A stretch of DNA of 64,000 bases, from the NCBI GenBank assembly GCA_010093815.1, contig ML996576.1, one strand, 5' to 3'. The stretch is from Pseudovirgaria hyperparasitica. Lineage: Eukaryota. A program made the position numbers and the translations under genes. The notes below the pieces were generated by a model. The model saw only the letters and a list, made by a program, of their open reading frames with translations, had not been told where the DNA came from and made no database searches. This document shows, one piece after another, positions 34,828 through 46,955 of this stretch (positions are counted from its first letter, which is position 1; each line of letters opens with the position of its first letter).

Positions 34828-36333
34828 TCATACAATGCCGTCCTCGGAGCACTTGCCCGCAGTCTCCATGCTGCGCAACGTATTCGAGCTCGTCAACAGA
34901 TCCAACTCGCCCGCCGCACGCGGGTGCTCGCTCTCGTCCAGTCTGGCAATACTGTGCCGGCCCGAGACAATGCCCGGAAACACCTTGCCCCACAGCCCGC
35001 CTGCGTCGAGCAAGATGGGCACTTCCTGCGTCGCCTGCGCCGCGGTCGTGGCTGTGTTGGTGGACGTGATGGTGGTGGTGATGGTGCTGGTCAGAGCCGG
35101 GTCGCCTGGATATATGCTCTCGTGGCGTCGTCGGGGAATGATCTCGTCGCCGGCGCGCGCGGTATGGTCGCCGGCTGAATCGAGCCCGGCGGAGACGCGG
35201 ACTTTGAAGACGGAGGAGTTGGGCGCTTGGGCGACCATGGTGGTGCGTTTGGGGGTGCGGACGTGGCGCCACATGGGGCGGAGGGTGGCGAGGCAGGAGG
35301 TGGTGATGGCGAGGCCGGGCTCGACGGAAGACCAGATGGCGATGTCGGTTGTTGCGTCTGTTTGGGAGGTAGGTTAGTTTGGTGGAAGGGACAGAAAGGT
35401 CTTGAGAGGAGACGTACAGAGGAAGTCGTCGCTGGTGAGGGCGTGGAGGTGGAACATGCGGACGATGGGGGCGAAGCAGGCACTGTTGGTAGCGTTAGGG
35501 ATTTGAAGTCGATGTAGGAAGGAGGTTACGCACATTGTCGCCATGCTCAGGATGCCGAACAGGATGGCTTTATCCCGCCAGCCCAGATTCAGGGTGAAGA
35601 TTAGGAAGATAGGTTGGCCGGCGAAGATGAAGTCGGTTACGACGCATATCACGCTGAACCAGTATGCCAGGGCAACATAGGTGTGGGGGTTGATGCACGT
35701 GCCCTGGTGTGTGCTGTCGCGGGCGAGTCTCGTCCAGAAGAAGGAGGCGGGCTTGCATTGGAAGGCAACGATGAAGACAAAGATGACGCCTGCGATTATG
35801 GTGACGTGGATGGCGTGCCATAACAAATAACGCTGGTGGCGGTAGATGGTGATGCGTAGCAGGAAGAGGCCGACGGAGACTTTGACGATGGTGATGATGA
35901 CGCCGTACATGAGATAGGCGATCCACCAGATCTGAACATTGTTAAGACGAGCTGGTAGTGTGAGTAAGGAGGGGAGCGGTACCAGCATAGTCCGTTTGAT
36001 GTGCTCATCATCGAGCTGTGAGACGTGCTCCCCAATTCCAAAACGAACTCCGAGTATGCAAAACACGCTGAATATGAGATATAGGAACTGTGCTACGGTC
36101 AGCGGAGGGGTATCATGGCAAGGAATTGTAGAATCGAGTTCCAGGATCAGTGATGTTGGGGGTCGGGGTGGCTTTTTGGGACTTACAAGAGCTATTGTTG
36201 CAAGGAAGTCATCAGCACCGAACCTCTTCAACAGACAGCGTCTGGTATAACATCGCAGCGAGACGGTGATGGTGGCTAGCACACTGAAGATTGAAACAAC
36301 ATATATCAGTGTAAGGCCGTGAGCAGCCAGCAT
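34828..36333 (-). CDS. Pth11-like (fungal rhodopsin-domain) 7TM integral membrane protein without CFEM domain, about 5 exons
   Basis: Motifs TVSLRCYTR, FGADD, GIGEH, VKVSVGLFLLRI, FQCKP..FW, TDFIFA..PI. After a GTACGT..CTAAC..CAG intron it continues DDFL|YATTDIAIWSSVEPGLAITTSCLATLRPM. Confidence 0.88.
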
Positions 36334-37445
36334 GATCAGAGGCAAGACACTCTATACGAACATGACCAAGTCGAGAAAGAAGTCAAGGAAGACCCAGGAT
36401 ATAACGCATTGGAACGGATCGCATCAGGGCACAGTCAGCGGGTTAAGGTTATGTGCAGGTTGGGTCTGGGTTTGAAGAATTCTAGGCTTGTACGGTGCTA
36501 AAGAAGGACATACAAGGCGGTAAACTGTAAAGTGCACATGTGGCAGATGTCACCTAGGCTCTAGTGAAGTAGTGGATGGCGATCTGCTAGCAGAGCCGCA
36601 GACTGGAATTGGGGGAGAGAGAGTTCGTCTCGGTGTAGGGAAAGGAGAAGATTAAGTTTGACGACAGCTGTCGTCCAAGCCTCTTTGGGGGAGGTTCAGC
36701 AAATAAGTTTCGATGGCTGTAGTCAAACTAACTTCGAGTAGCGTCGATCGGCAGACCAAGACAACTTTATCGGACGGATTCCTCGGGCTTTGGCGAGCTT
36801 GACGACAGAACAAGATTAACGGAGGACGGAATTCACGAGAGCAACACGAAGATGTTGATGTTTTGATGACGCTTCATTCGTATCGGGCACCCAGGCAGCC
36901 GGCAGCCACTCGCCACGAGTCATGCGCTGCACATCAAACAAACAATGATACGGTATTGATGCATTATCGGTACTGTATATAATATGCATGTACGGATGTG
37001 GCTTGAATGCACAGTCTCACTCTTATGGCCTTTAAACCCTTGTCCATATTTCACGTCCCCGTTCTGCAGCTGGGATGTAGCTTCACGCTGTCGCATAACA
37101 GTTCCGTGGCGTTCACATCGTCAGAAATAGCAGTCTTTAGTATTAATAGAGATATAATTAGATACACTAGCTGATAGTGCAGAATGCTACGTGGATCGAA
37201 ATCATCTACTATCGCCTTCTATCTAATTACCTGTAAATTGGTCATGGTCTTTTGATGGCTAATACTACCCCTATTATCCGGAGAGTCGGCGACAAGTCCG
37301 CGTAGCTACCATGCTGAAAAGTACGGAGGCCATGCCAAGCCCTACTGTACCTATCTCATCTACACTTTTTGGTTCCAGTGATGCCTTAAGGCCTTAATGT
37401 CTTACAGCCTTATCGCCGCCTAGGCATATGTGTAGCTGCCTGACT

Positions 37446-37839
37446 CTCCGCATACTCAGGCATCAGGCATCAAGGCAAGATACTCGGTACAATTATCGCT
37501 CAAATTTCTCCACTTCCGAAGCCCTTTCCAGCCACCTTTGCACGTCTTCCTGAGGCGCCAAGGAGAGTTTCGCCGCATTCACTACACATCATCATTGATA
37601 TTGATATTGATATCGATATCAGTATTGGTATTGGATGCTTCCCCATTCTCTCCGCCATCCAACATCTCCACTCCCCGCATCAGACCCTCGACAGTTTCAC
37701 GATCATCTCCATTGTCGCTCCATCTATATTCCATCTGTGGGCTGTCAAGGGCCCGTACAATATCCACTTTAACTGGCCAGGCTCTTCTGTAGACCTCTGT
37801 TCATTCCACATCCATGCCACCCTAACAAGACGCCTCCAC
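37446..37839 (-). promoter_or_regulatory. Cluster of CreA/Mig1-type SYGGRG sites upstream of the hexose transporter
   Basis: Six matches, all on the minus strand, at 37446, 37508, 37650, 37666, 37673 and 37834. The motif is short and the local C/T bias inflates chance matches. Confidence 0.35.
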
Positions 37840-37910
37840 TCTGTATCATAAAAATCTGCGCTTTCTTCACCAAATACTCCATTGCACGGCTTCTACCGCT
37901 GTTCGAGATC

Positions 37911-37994
37911 ATGTCTTCCCATGAAGGGTCTGCTTCAGGCCCACTACAAGAACTCCCAACCTCCCCTTCTTTCACGATAAATTACCATTTCTAA
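37911..37994 (+). other. Candidate upstream ORF (27 aa, MSSHEGSASGPLQELPTSPSFTINYHF*) in the hexose transporter leader
   Basis: ATC-ATG context; ends 88 nt before the main ATG; AT-rich TATA-like element near 37844-37854. Confidence 0.5.
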
Positions 37995-38082
37995 TTCTAT
38001 CCTCTTTGACTGCTTGTGATCCAGCTCTGTGTTGAGTGCTTGTCCCTTCGCCCTACTCGACCAACTATCAATTCGCGTCAAC

Positions 38083-39767
38083 ATGGGTTGGGCTCTGAAG
38101 AAGCCTGAGGATGTCCCCGGTGCTGCGTGGCCTGCCATTGCCATCGGTCTCTTTGTGGCCTTTGGTGGTGTTCTTTATGGGTATGTTTGCTTCCGGTGTT
38201 ACTACTGTCGTCCTAACCTTCTCCCAGCTATGACACGGGTACCATATCTGGTATCTTGGCTATGCCTTACTGGCTACAGACCTTCTCCACCACTCCTGAC
38301 AACACCCTTACTGCCTCGCAAGACTCTCTGATTGTGTCTATTCTGTCTGCGGGTACATTCTTTGGTGCTTTGTTGGCTGCTCCTGCTGCCGACTTTCTCG
38401 GCCGTCGCTGGGGTCTCTTCCTCAGTGCTGCCATTGTCTTCAACCTGGGAGTCATCCTGCAGACCGCCTCGACCGGTCAGGACCTCTTGATTGCTGGACG
38501 ATTCTTCGCCGGCCTGGCTGTCGGTCTCATCTCTGCCATGATCCCCTTGTACCAGAGTGAGACCGCCCCTAAATGGATTCGAGGAGCGATCGTCGGTACA
38601 TACCAGCTTGCTATCACCATTGGTCTCTTCCTCGCCGCCATTGTCAACTATTCCACTCAAGGTCGAATGGACAGTGGCTCATACCGCATCCCTATTGCTG
38701 TGCAATTCGCCTGGTCTCTCATTTTGTGCGGCGGCCTGCTCGTTCTCCCTGAGACCCCTCGCTTCCTGATCAAGCAAGACAAGCACGATCAGGCTGCCAA
38801 GTCTCTTGCCCGACTTCGCCGTCTGGACGTCACTCATCCTGCCGTCGTCGAGGAGCTCGCTGAGATCCAAGCCAACCACAACTACGAGATGAGCATCGGC
38901 ACTGCGAGTTACGCCGAGTGCTTCAAGGGCACCATCGGCAAACGTCTTGCCACAGGTTGTCTCCTTCAGTCCCTCCAACAACTCACCGGTGTCAACTTCA
39001 TCTTCTACTACGTAAGCCACAGCACGCATACATCCCAATAAAACTCACCACATGACTAATCCAACACCCAGGGCACCCAATATTTCCGCAACGCAGGCTT
39101 CAGAAACTCCTTCATCATTCAAGTCATCACAAACTCCGTAAACGTCGTCTCAACCTTCCCAGGCCTCTACCTTGTCGAGAAGATGGGCCGTCGCAACCTA
39201 CTCCTAATGGGCGCCATCGGCATGTGCGTATGCCAGTACATCGTCGCCATCACCGGCACCGTCGCCGGCACCACCAACCAAGCCGCACAAAACACCGCCA
39301 TTGCTTTCGTCTGCTTCTACATCTTCTTCTTCGCCTCGTCGTGGGGCCCCGTCGCCTGGGTAGTCACTGGCGAGCTGTATCCGCTCAAGGTGCGCGCAAA
39401 GTGCCTCTCAATGACCACCGCGTCCAACTGGCTGCTCAACTGGGCGATCGCCTACGCGACGCCCTACATGGTCAATGCGCAGTATGCGAATCTACAGTCC
39501 AAGGTGTTCTTTGTCTGGGGCAGCTTTTGCTTCGTGTGTATCGCGTTTGTGTACTTTATGATCTATGAGACGAAGGGTCTGGCACTTGAGCAGGTGGACG
39601 AGTTGTATGGCATTGTGGGCAAGGCGTGGCAGAGCAAGAAGTTCCGTCCGCAGATCGCGTTTGTCGATGTGGCGGAGATGGATGGCGATAAGCGTGGGAT
39701 GAGTCTGAGTCAGATTGCGGAGACGCAGGAGCGTAAGAGGAGCGTTACGCATGTTGATAAGGTCTAG
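38083..39767 (+). CDS. MFS sugar porter, high-affinity glucose transporter/sensor-like (Rco-3/Snf3 group), 3 exons
   Basis: Introns 38181-38227 and 39012-39071. Motifs FVAFGGVLYGYDTGTISG, DFLGRR, PLYQSETAPKWIRG, PETPR, QQLTGVNFIFYYG, WGPVAWVVTGE and YETKGLALEQVD. Confidence 0.95.
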
Positions 39768-39914
39768 AGGTGTGATTCACTTAACGTGTTTGGCTGGGAT
39801 GGGGGACGGACGAGGAGTGTATATAGACTATGACACTTCAATTCGATTCGGTTCAATACTCGATGCTGATGTCTTTTCTTACCGGGTATCTATAATCCAT
39901 CTCCGTTATAGATT

Positions 39915-41127
39915 TTATCTCCCCGTTCCACTCCTCCTCTCCATCCTCCCCCGCCACCGTCGCAACGGCACACACAACACCCCACTCAGCAGCGCCTGTA
40001 GCGCCTGAAACACCACCGTCGCAACACGCATCCGATCCAAACGCTCCTCTTCCAGTCCAGCAAACAACACGCCCGTCAACGGCACCCCGATCGCTGGGGT
40101 CTTGGTCGCCACGACAAACACCACAGCGACCACATTCTCAGGCGCCAGCCACGTGAGCGAGAGCACAAATGCCAGCCCCGCCCAGACGAGGTACAGCGCC
40201 GCGAGAATAGAGATTGTAAAGACAATGTTGCTCGCGGGCAGGGGCGCGAAAGCGTGGCTGGCGAAGGCGGAGTCGTAGGTTGACCAGATGAGCGTGAGAA
40301 GGGCGAGGGAGGGGAGTTTGATGAGCTTGTACTTGTACAATGCTGTGCGTGTGATATTTGGGCATAAGGCGAGGGTTATCTGACCGGCGGCCTGGGGATA
40401 TATTGCTTAGCTGTGTGTGTTTCTGGTGGCGAGGAATGGGATTGGGGAGACGGACTAGTGGTACGAATACGGACAGCCCGAGTTGTTTGAACACTCGTGC
40501 GTACAGATCTCTGTATCCATCCTGGTCGGAGGGCAGACCGGTGGTATACCACGCGTGCACGCTCGTGTACATGCGGACTAACACAGGGGATAAGAAGGGG
40601 CCTAGGATGTTTCCCAGGGCGGACTGTGTGAGCGAGAGCGCAGTGTTGCCATCGGCTTTCCGTGTTATGAGGGTGTTGAATGCGATGCTGTCGTTGGAAT
40701 GAGCACACCCCCTTCTCTGACTTTAAGAAACGAGAACCACTCACGCAGTCGGCAAACAGCCCAGTACAATGACTCCTACCAGCAACTCCTGATCGAAGAA
40801 TTGAGCGTTGCTTCCCGTCGCAGCCATGACGCCAAAGCCAACTGCCGATGCAAGCACGAAGCTCTGCAGTTGCACGAAGATGTGTACGCGCCAGCGCTTG
40901 AGGTTCTCGAGAAAGTCCCGACTTGGGATGGCGCAGCCATTGAGGAAGAAGATTAGAGATACGGCGAGGTAATTGATGACATTTGTTTTGGTCTTCTGTT
41001 GCGATAGTGGCACCGGGGCTTGCGATGCGACAACGATGAGAATGCCCATGACGATGAGGAACCATTGATCTTTGGCGAAGGAGATGGTAAGGTCGAGACT
41101 TCGACGAGATATCGTTTTGGAGGGCAT
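39915..41127 (-). CDS. Sodium/bile-acid symporter-like (SBF-like, SLC10A7/Rch1 type) membrane protein, 3 exons
   Basis: Motifs DQWFLIVMG, VSLIFFLNG, WRVHIFVQLQSF, GCLPTA|IAFNTLITRKADGN, GNILGP and TKTPAIGVPL, with GT..AG introns. Convergent with the sugar porter. Confidence 0.87.
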
Positions 41128-43139
41128 CTTTTGTGGTTTCGTTTCATCACGCTCGACAGTTTCCGAACATTCTGTCTTGTAACCGATGACATTTCCATTG
41201 TCAACTAGAGATTTGATCTGAGTGAGCGGTTCAACTCAAGAATGAAACGATACATACATGCATCATGATTAACTTCACAATCTAGAGATGGCGAAGCCAT
41301 GTCGTCAGACCCGTTCGATTTGCATCTACCCCAATTCAATACATCTGTTCATCGGGTAGTTCTGCAAGTACAGCAAATGCAGATAGTGATTCGGCATGCT
41401 CCGCTGATTATATCCAGAATTAGCGCCATGATAGTTATATGTATACTGAAATGCAAGATTCAAGCGTTGTCTGACGTCTTCTTCGTCGGTGACCAAAGAT
41501 CTACCCCACCAATGACGGTGATCTGCGCTGGAAATCGGCATTTGAGATCCGGTACCCCTGTCAGATGATTGCTATAGAGCAAACAATAAACAACAGCTTG
41601 ATGGCTTGAGCGACATAAGACACGAAATCCTAATCACGACATCAACCGCAAGTTTGGATGGGGTAGTCAGTCGCGCGTGAAAGAAAAGTCTAGACACGGC
41701 TCTACCGACTGCGTTTATGAAATCCAAAACCCAAAGGAATTCAGACAACTCTTGAGATGTTGTATTAGTGTCGCTCATCAAGGCGTTGATGATATTTGAA
41801 CATTCAGAACACGTTCTAGACCTGACTATGCTTCCAACGAAATATGTTTTCAAGAGGAGATCTGGTCTGGTTGGAGACGTTCGTGGTGGCTATCTCCTCG
41901 ACGTCATTCAACCACCATATTTCTCGAGACGAATCAAGAAGGCCAGGGAAAGAAGTTGACAATGTAAGAATGCGAGAACAACCAGGTAAAAGAAATATGC
42001 TTTGCCAAGGATCTACCTGCAGTACCTATGAGCATGCTGTTCGACCCGTACCTAGAACGACCAGCTCGACGCTTCATTCCTAATGTAATTAAATCCAAAT
42101 TCAAGGGGTGCTTAGTATCGCACTTGGAGCTCATAGCGAGGTTGCAGCCGTTCTGATTCGATGGTCCATACGTTATTCCGAGAGCTGGATCGTGCGTAAT
42201 GCGGATCGATGTTTAAGAACACGGGCAAGATCTGAGACTGCTAAACAACAAAAGGACCGTCGAGTCGCAATCAGGTCCATCTCCACCGATACAGAGATTA
42301 TGAAAACCACGGAAGCTCCTTCATTGGATGTTGCAAACCTCGCATCGTCTGCTCGCTTGGATGCTTATTGTTGCTACTGAAGACTCGGAATAGATCCGGG
42401 AAGCCTGATGCGGTTATCCGTGATAACACTCGAGTGTACACCGGATACGTGATCCCGATGATGACGACGGCTCGGATGACACGTAAGCACTTGGGAGATT
42501 ATTATCCAAGGACACCGCAGCAGCGCTGACACTTCTCATCTTGCATATTCAGAGTTTTAATGCTGATCGTCAAGCAATCATCTCATCGAACTGAACGCCA
42601 CGTCTGCCCTGTGATCACAAAACGATCGTGATTTGTCCTTTCCGTCTTGATGATGGTGGGGCCATACCAAGGCGTGGCTGTGTACTCTAATGACGCGTCG
42701 TGTTTCTCGCATCGTATGATGAACATACAACTTGATACACGATCTTACCCGTACAAGTACTGGAGTTTGAGAATGAGTGGGAGTCGTACACACTTGAATG
42801 ATTTGCACAAAAAACAACATTTATCGTTGTGAAAATCGATAGATCATATTGTGCAGACTGTTGTGCGCGATTGCCCCTTTGAGCGTAGCGCTGAAGCTGT
42901 AATTACCTTTTCCATCAACAAAATCCAACGTCGTCACATATCAAGAAACTTACTACATCATTACACGTGATAGGGTATCATCAATCAGAAGCTTCAGCTC
43001 ATCAAAGCTGCTGTAAGTAATTTGCCCCAATGTGAGTAGAGGGAGTCACACAGCTGTCAATCATAGCTAATCCCTTGCTGTCAGCGCGGACACCATTCCT
43101 TTGTCAGCATCAACAAATTCGTTACCCAGCAACAAAGAC

Positions 43140-44672
43140 ATGTCTGCCACCGACGAGAAGCTCATCTCGAGCCATGCGGAATCAGTGAAGCGGATCCAAG
43201 AATCCGTCAAGAAATTCCGCGACGAAGGTCGACACTTTCGCATCTATCATGGCTCGACCTCATCAACACGGCCGCTTAACTTTACGCGGGACAACATTGT
43301 CGATGTGAGCGACATGAATCGCCTTTTTCCAGTGGACCAAGCCACCAAGACCGTCAAGGCCGAGCCGAATGTGCCTATGGACGCGCTGGTCGCGCACACG
43401 CTGAAAGCCGGTCTTGTTCCGAAGATTGTGATGGAGTTCAAGGGCATCACGGTCGGGGGTGGCTATTCGGGCATGTCGGGCGAGAGTAACATGCACAAGC
43501 ATGGCCTGTTCCAGAACACGGTGTCTGAGATTGAGATTGTACTTGGTGATGGATCCTTGGAGCATGCGTCCCGGACTGTCAACGAGGATCTGCTCGAGCA
43601 TGCTGGTGGTAGTCTGGGTACCTTTGGCATCGTCACTCTGCTGACAGTCGAACTGTTCGATGCAAAGAAGTTTGTCAATCTCGAAATCACCAAGATCGAC
43701 GGTCCAGAGAACGTAGTCCCAACCTTCGAAGCCGCCGTGGCCTCGACTCCACAGCCAGAGTACATCGACGGCATCTTCTACAACAAGGCCAAGATCGTCA
43801 TGATGACCGGCCACATCAGCGACGACGCAGCACACCCGCCCCTCAAGAAAATGCAAGTACACTGGTTCTCCGCCGAAGTCGAGAAGCGCTACGCCAACCT
43901 GCCCTCCACCCTCACCATGCACCTCGAAGACTACCTCTTCCGCTTCGACCACGGCGCCTTCTGGGGCGGCAACCTCGCCTTCGACCACTTCCACATCCCC
44001 AACATCGCCCCCTTCCGCCGCCTCGCAGACCCCTTCCTCGACTCCCGCACCTGCTACCACGCCCTGCACAAGACCGGCCTCGCCGACGAATACGTCGTCC
44101 AGGACTTTGGCGTCCCCGCCTCCAACGTCGCTGCCTTCATCTCCTACGTCCAGGATGTCATGCCCAAATGCCAGCTCTTCCTCGTCCCCGCCCTCTCCGC
44201 AGACGGCATGAAGATCTCCTCCCGCATGAACCCCCTTGTCCAGGCCGTCCGCACCGAACGCGTCTACGGCGTCGGCGTCTATGGCCGTGGCCCGCGTGAC
44301 GCCGAGGCGTTCAAGGAACTCAATCGTAAGCTCGAGACCAAGGCCTCGGAACTCCTCGCTGCGAAGCTGCTCTATGCCCGCACGTACTACACCCACGACG
44401 AGTTTTGGGAAATCTACAACAAGCCTGCGTACGACGAGGTGCGCCGCAAGTACAAGGCTGTCGTTGTGGCGCCGCCGCCGTCGGACGAGGCGGAGAAGAA
44501 CAACGATGCCGAAGCAGATGGCAGTAAGCGAGTTATCGGCCTGCCGGATGTGTACGAGAAGCTTGCGGCTGATATGAAGGCTCGGCCCAAGAGGCAGTCT
44601 ATCCGTGGTGTTGTCGCGACGGTCTTTGACAAGGTCACGGGGCGCAAGGAGTATCTGCTGCCGAAGAAATGA
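43140..44672 (+). CDS. FAD-linked oxidoreductase, delta(24)-sterol reductase (DHCR24/diminuto)-like
   Basis: Motifs FRIYHGSTSSTR, AEPNVPMDALV, VMEFKGITVGGGYSG..GES, GSLGTFGIVT, DYLFRFDHGAFW and KLLYARTYY. Probable 5'UTR intron at 43013-43084. Confidence 0.88.
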   Translation: MSATDEKLISSHAESVKRIQESVKKFRDEGRHFRIYHGSTSSTRPLNFTRDNIVDVSDMNRLFPVDQATKTVKAEPNVPMDALVAHTLKAGLVPKIVMEFKGITVGGGYSGMSGESNMHKHGLFQNTVSEIEIVLGDGSLEHASRTVNEDLLEHAGGSLGTFGIVTLLTVELFDAKKFVNLEITKIDGPENVVPTFEAAVASTPQPEYIDGIFYNKAKIVMMTGHISDDAAHPPLKKMQVHWFSAEVEKRYANLPSTLTMHLEDYLFRFDHGAFWGGNLAFDHFHIPNIAPFRRLADPFLDSRTCYHALHKTGLADEYVVQDFGVPASNVAAFISYVQDVMPKCQLFLVPALSADGMKISSRMNPLVQAVRTERVYGVGVYGRGPRDAEAFKELNRKLETKASELLAAKLLYARTYYTHDEFWEIYNKPAYDEVRRKYKAVVVAPPPSDEAEKNNDAEADGSKRVIGLPDVYEKLAADMKARPKRQSIRGVVATVFDKVTGRKEYLLPKK

Positions 44673-45265
44673 AGCGGTTTTTCAGCGTTCTGTGCATCTC
44701 GTCCTTTTTTCGTTCTGTCTTGCTACGCTATGCGACGCAACGCAACGCAAAAAAGCATTTTGAATGTTTACATGTTTTGCATTTCTTCAGTGTTCTCGCG
44801 ATCGAAAGAAAAGCGCGTACTCTATCTCCGAAAAATATTTTTTAGCCCCGTTCTGTGTGTGTAGGTAGTTATGTAGATCCCGTAATTCTAGCTCGTCGCT
44901 GAGCGTCCTCGCAGAGTCTTTGTTCCCGCGTGTCTCACTCTCTCTCCCGCTGCAGCATCAGTGCGGTTAAGGAAACGTGACGTGTCCGTGTATTGCAAGA
45001 AAAGTGAGATTGCTGCGAAGCTAGTCTTTTCAGTACATATACGAGAGAGACAAAGAAGATGATCGATAGTCAAGACGAGGCGCCAAGGCCGTAAGTGTAC
45101 AGGGGTATAAATCTAGAAGCATCAAAGGCGCTGCACCAAGGGTAGACATCGCCGTGCCTTTTTATATTCCGCCGCCCACCACCAGCCAACCAACCCCAGG
45201 CCCAACCCAACCACACACCCTTTTAACCAAACACAGCCCAAGCCCAATACAATTTTTTTAATACA

Positions 45266-46955
45266 TTAACAACTTTTCCGTGCTTCCCAAATGACCAAAC
45301 CACGATCGCCAACTACTCTGGATAGTGTTGGCCAGATGCCATCGTCTCCAAAATCTAGATCGTCTAGGTTCAGATGGCTTGTATGGCTCCAGACCTCTTC
45401 GAGGTGGAGCAGATTTGGTGTCGCGCTATCGCTGCCTTGTATATATGGTTTTAGATAGTACGCGGAGCGAGGCGCGACAAGGTAGACGCTTGCTGGGGAA
45501 GTGGAGTTTAGAGTGCGGGAGTGGTCGCAGCTCAGCGCGTCTTGCACACGAGCCACCATGAGGTCTCCCTGCAGCCCCATGAGGTCGATTGTGGACAAGT
45601 TTTCGCTCTTGCCGTCCAGTAACCACACTGGAGGGCTATACGTCTTCCACCAGAAGACGTGCGAGATGTTCTCCTCGCTAGCTGCGATGTAATTTTGTGC
45701 GGGTACAACACCACCCTGGTGATATACCCCCATGAGTATCCCAAAGAAAGCATTAAATATGATCCAAGAGGCTAGCCAGAGCCGCGGCAAGTATTTAGGT
45801 AGTCGTATCGAGGAGAGAATAAGGGGTATCGTTGGGAGAAGGAATCGCGCTTCTTGATGCGGAAACAGGGAGAGGAGAAGTATGCCGGCAACGGCAGATG
45901 CGAGGCGTAATGATTTGCGATAAGAGAGAAATAATAGGGGAAACGCCGGACCGAGAAGCTGTGGTAGATTCGCAACGATATGCTGGTAGTACGGATGCAG
46001 ACCATGCTGTGCAAGGTTTTCTGAAGACGAGTTGTATATCAGATTATTCAATGGCGTGATGACGGGACGGCGGACAAGATCGATAAAGTTTAAGGTCTCG
46101 TTCTGGTAGAATGCGGTGTCGAAACCGATGGCGAGGAAAGTTGTAAAGGCGACCGAGAGTATTATGAAAAGCAGAGAGAATGGCCTTGATGGCTGGTAAG
46201 CTTTGTCCGAAACGCCAGATCTGATGACTTACTTTCGCTTGAAATGAGGACATAGCTGTAGCCCGGGTACAAGAAGAAATGCAGGAAATGTTATACGGTT
46301 GAAGACTCCAAGCACCGAGAGGAATCCTAGTAACGTGCAAGCAAGTGCGCTTGAGCGTTCCTAACAAAGATGTCAGTAGACGGCCCTGCGGCGCAGGCGA
46401 CGAACTTGCCTTGTCCTCGACGATGCGGTGGATCAAAACCATACTCCAGGCTAGCACAAGAGTTTCGATCGAGTTCGAAAATGTATGGGTCTGTAGAGTC
46501 CACGTCACGTAAGACGATGCCACGAGCAGCACTGCGCGACGGCGCTGGCTCGGCGATTGTACGAGCTCGTGTATGGCCCAGTCCTCAAGAACGAAGCTCA
46601 AAGTAAACATGATAATGCGCAGCACCCAGTATACGATGAATGGAGGCACCTCGCCCTTCCCAGCTCCCTCCCATATCCAGTGCAGAATATACATTGGTAG
46701 GCCATAGGTCAGCCATAACGGAAACGAACTCCGGATAGGATTCTCGGAGGTGAACTCCCAGGTGAGGTGTACTTGGTAGGAAAAGACTCGGCCTGCGCAA
46801 GGTATCTCGTTAGCTAAGAAGCTGTAAGCAGAGGAAAGTAACCCACCGGCGATGACTTCTGGTCCTTGGAAGTTCTCGTCGGGATGCAGATAGCTCGGTG
46901 AAAGGGCAAACCAGAGCCTGACCAGGATGAGCAACAGATACGTCCGCCGCCACAT
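45266..46955 (-). CDS. SMP3: GPI mannosyltransferase 4 (Smp3/PIG-Z), multi-exon
   Basis: Motifs [75 protein letters not shown] and YHQGGVVP. Confidence 0.93.

Noticed and set aside
37594..37634. Short (ATATTG)-like tandem repeat
   Set aside because: Degenerate microsatellite of a few units; no spacer structure, not CRISPR-like.
41200..42900. Several 60-93 aa ORFs between the SBF-like and FAD oxidoreductase genes
   Set aside because: No motifs, codon bias or consistent splice signals; most likely a divergent promoter region.
43263..44396. 377-aa minus-strand ORF
   Set aside because: Antisense shadow of the FAD oxidoreductase in a C-ending-codon-rich region.
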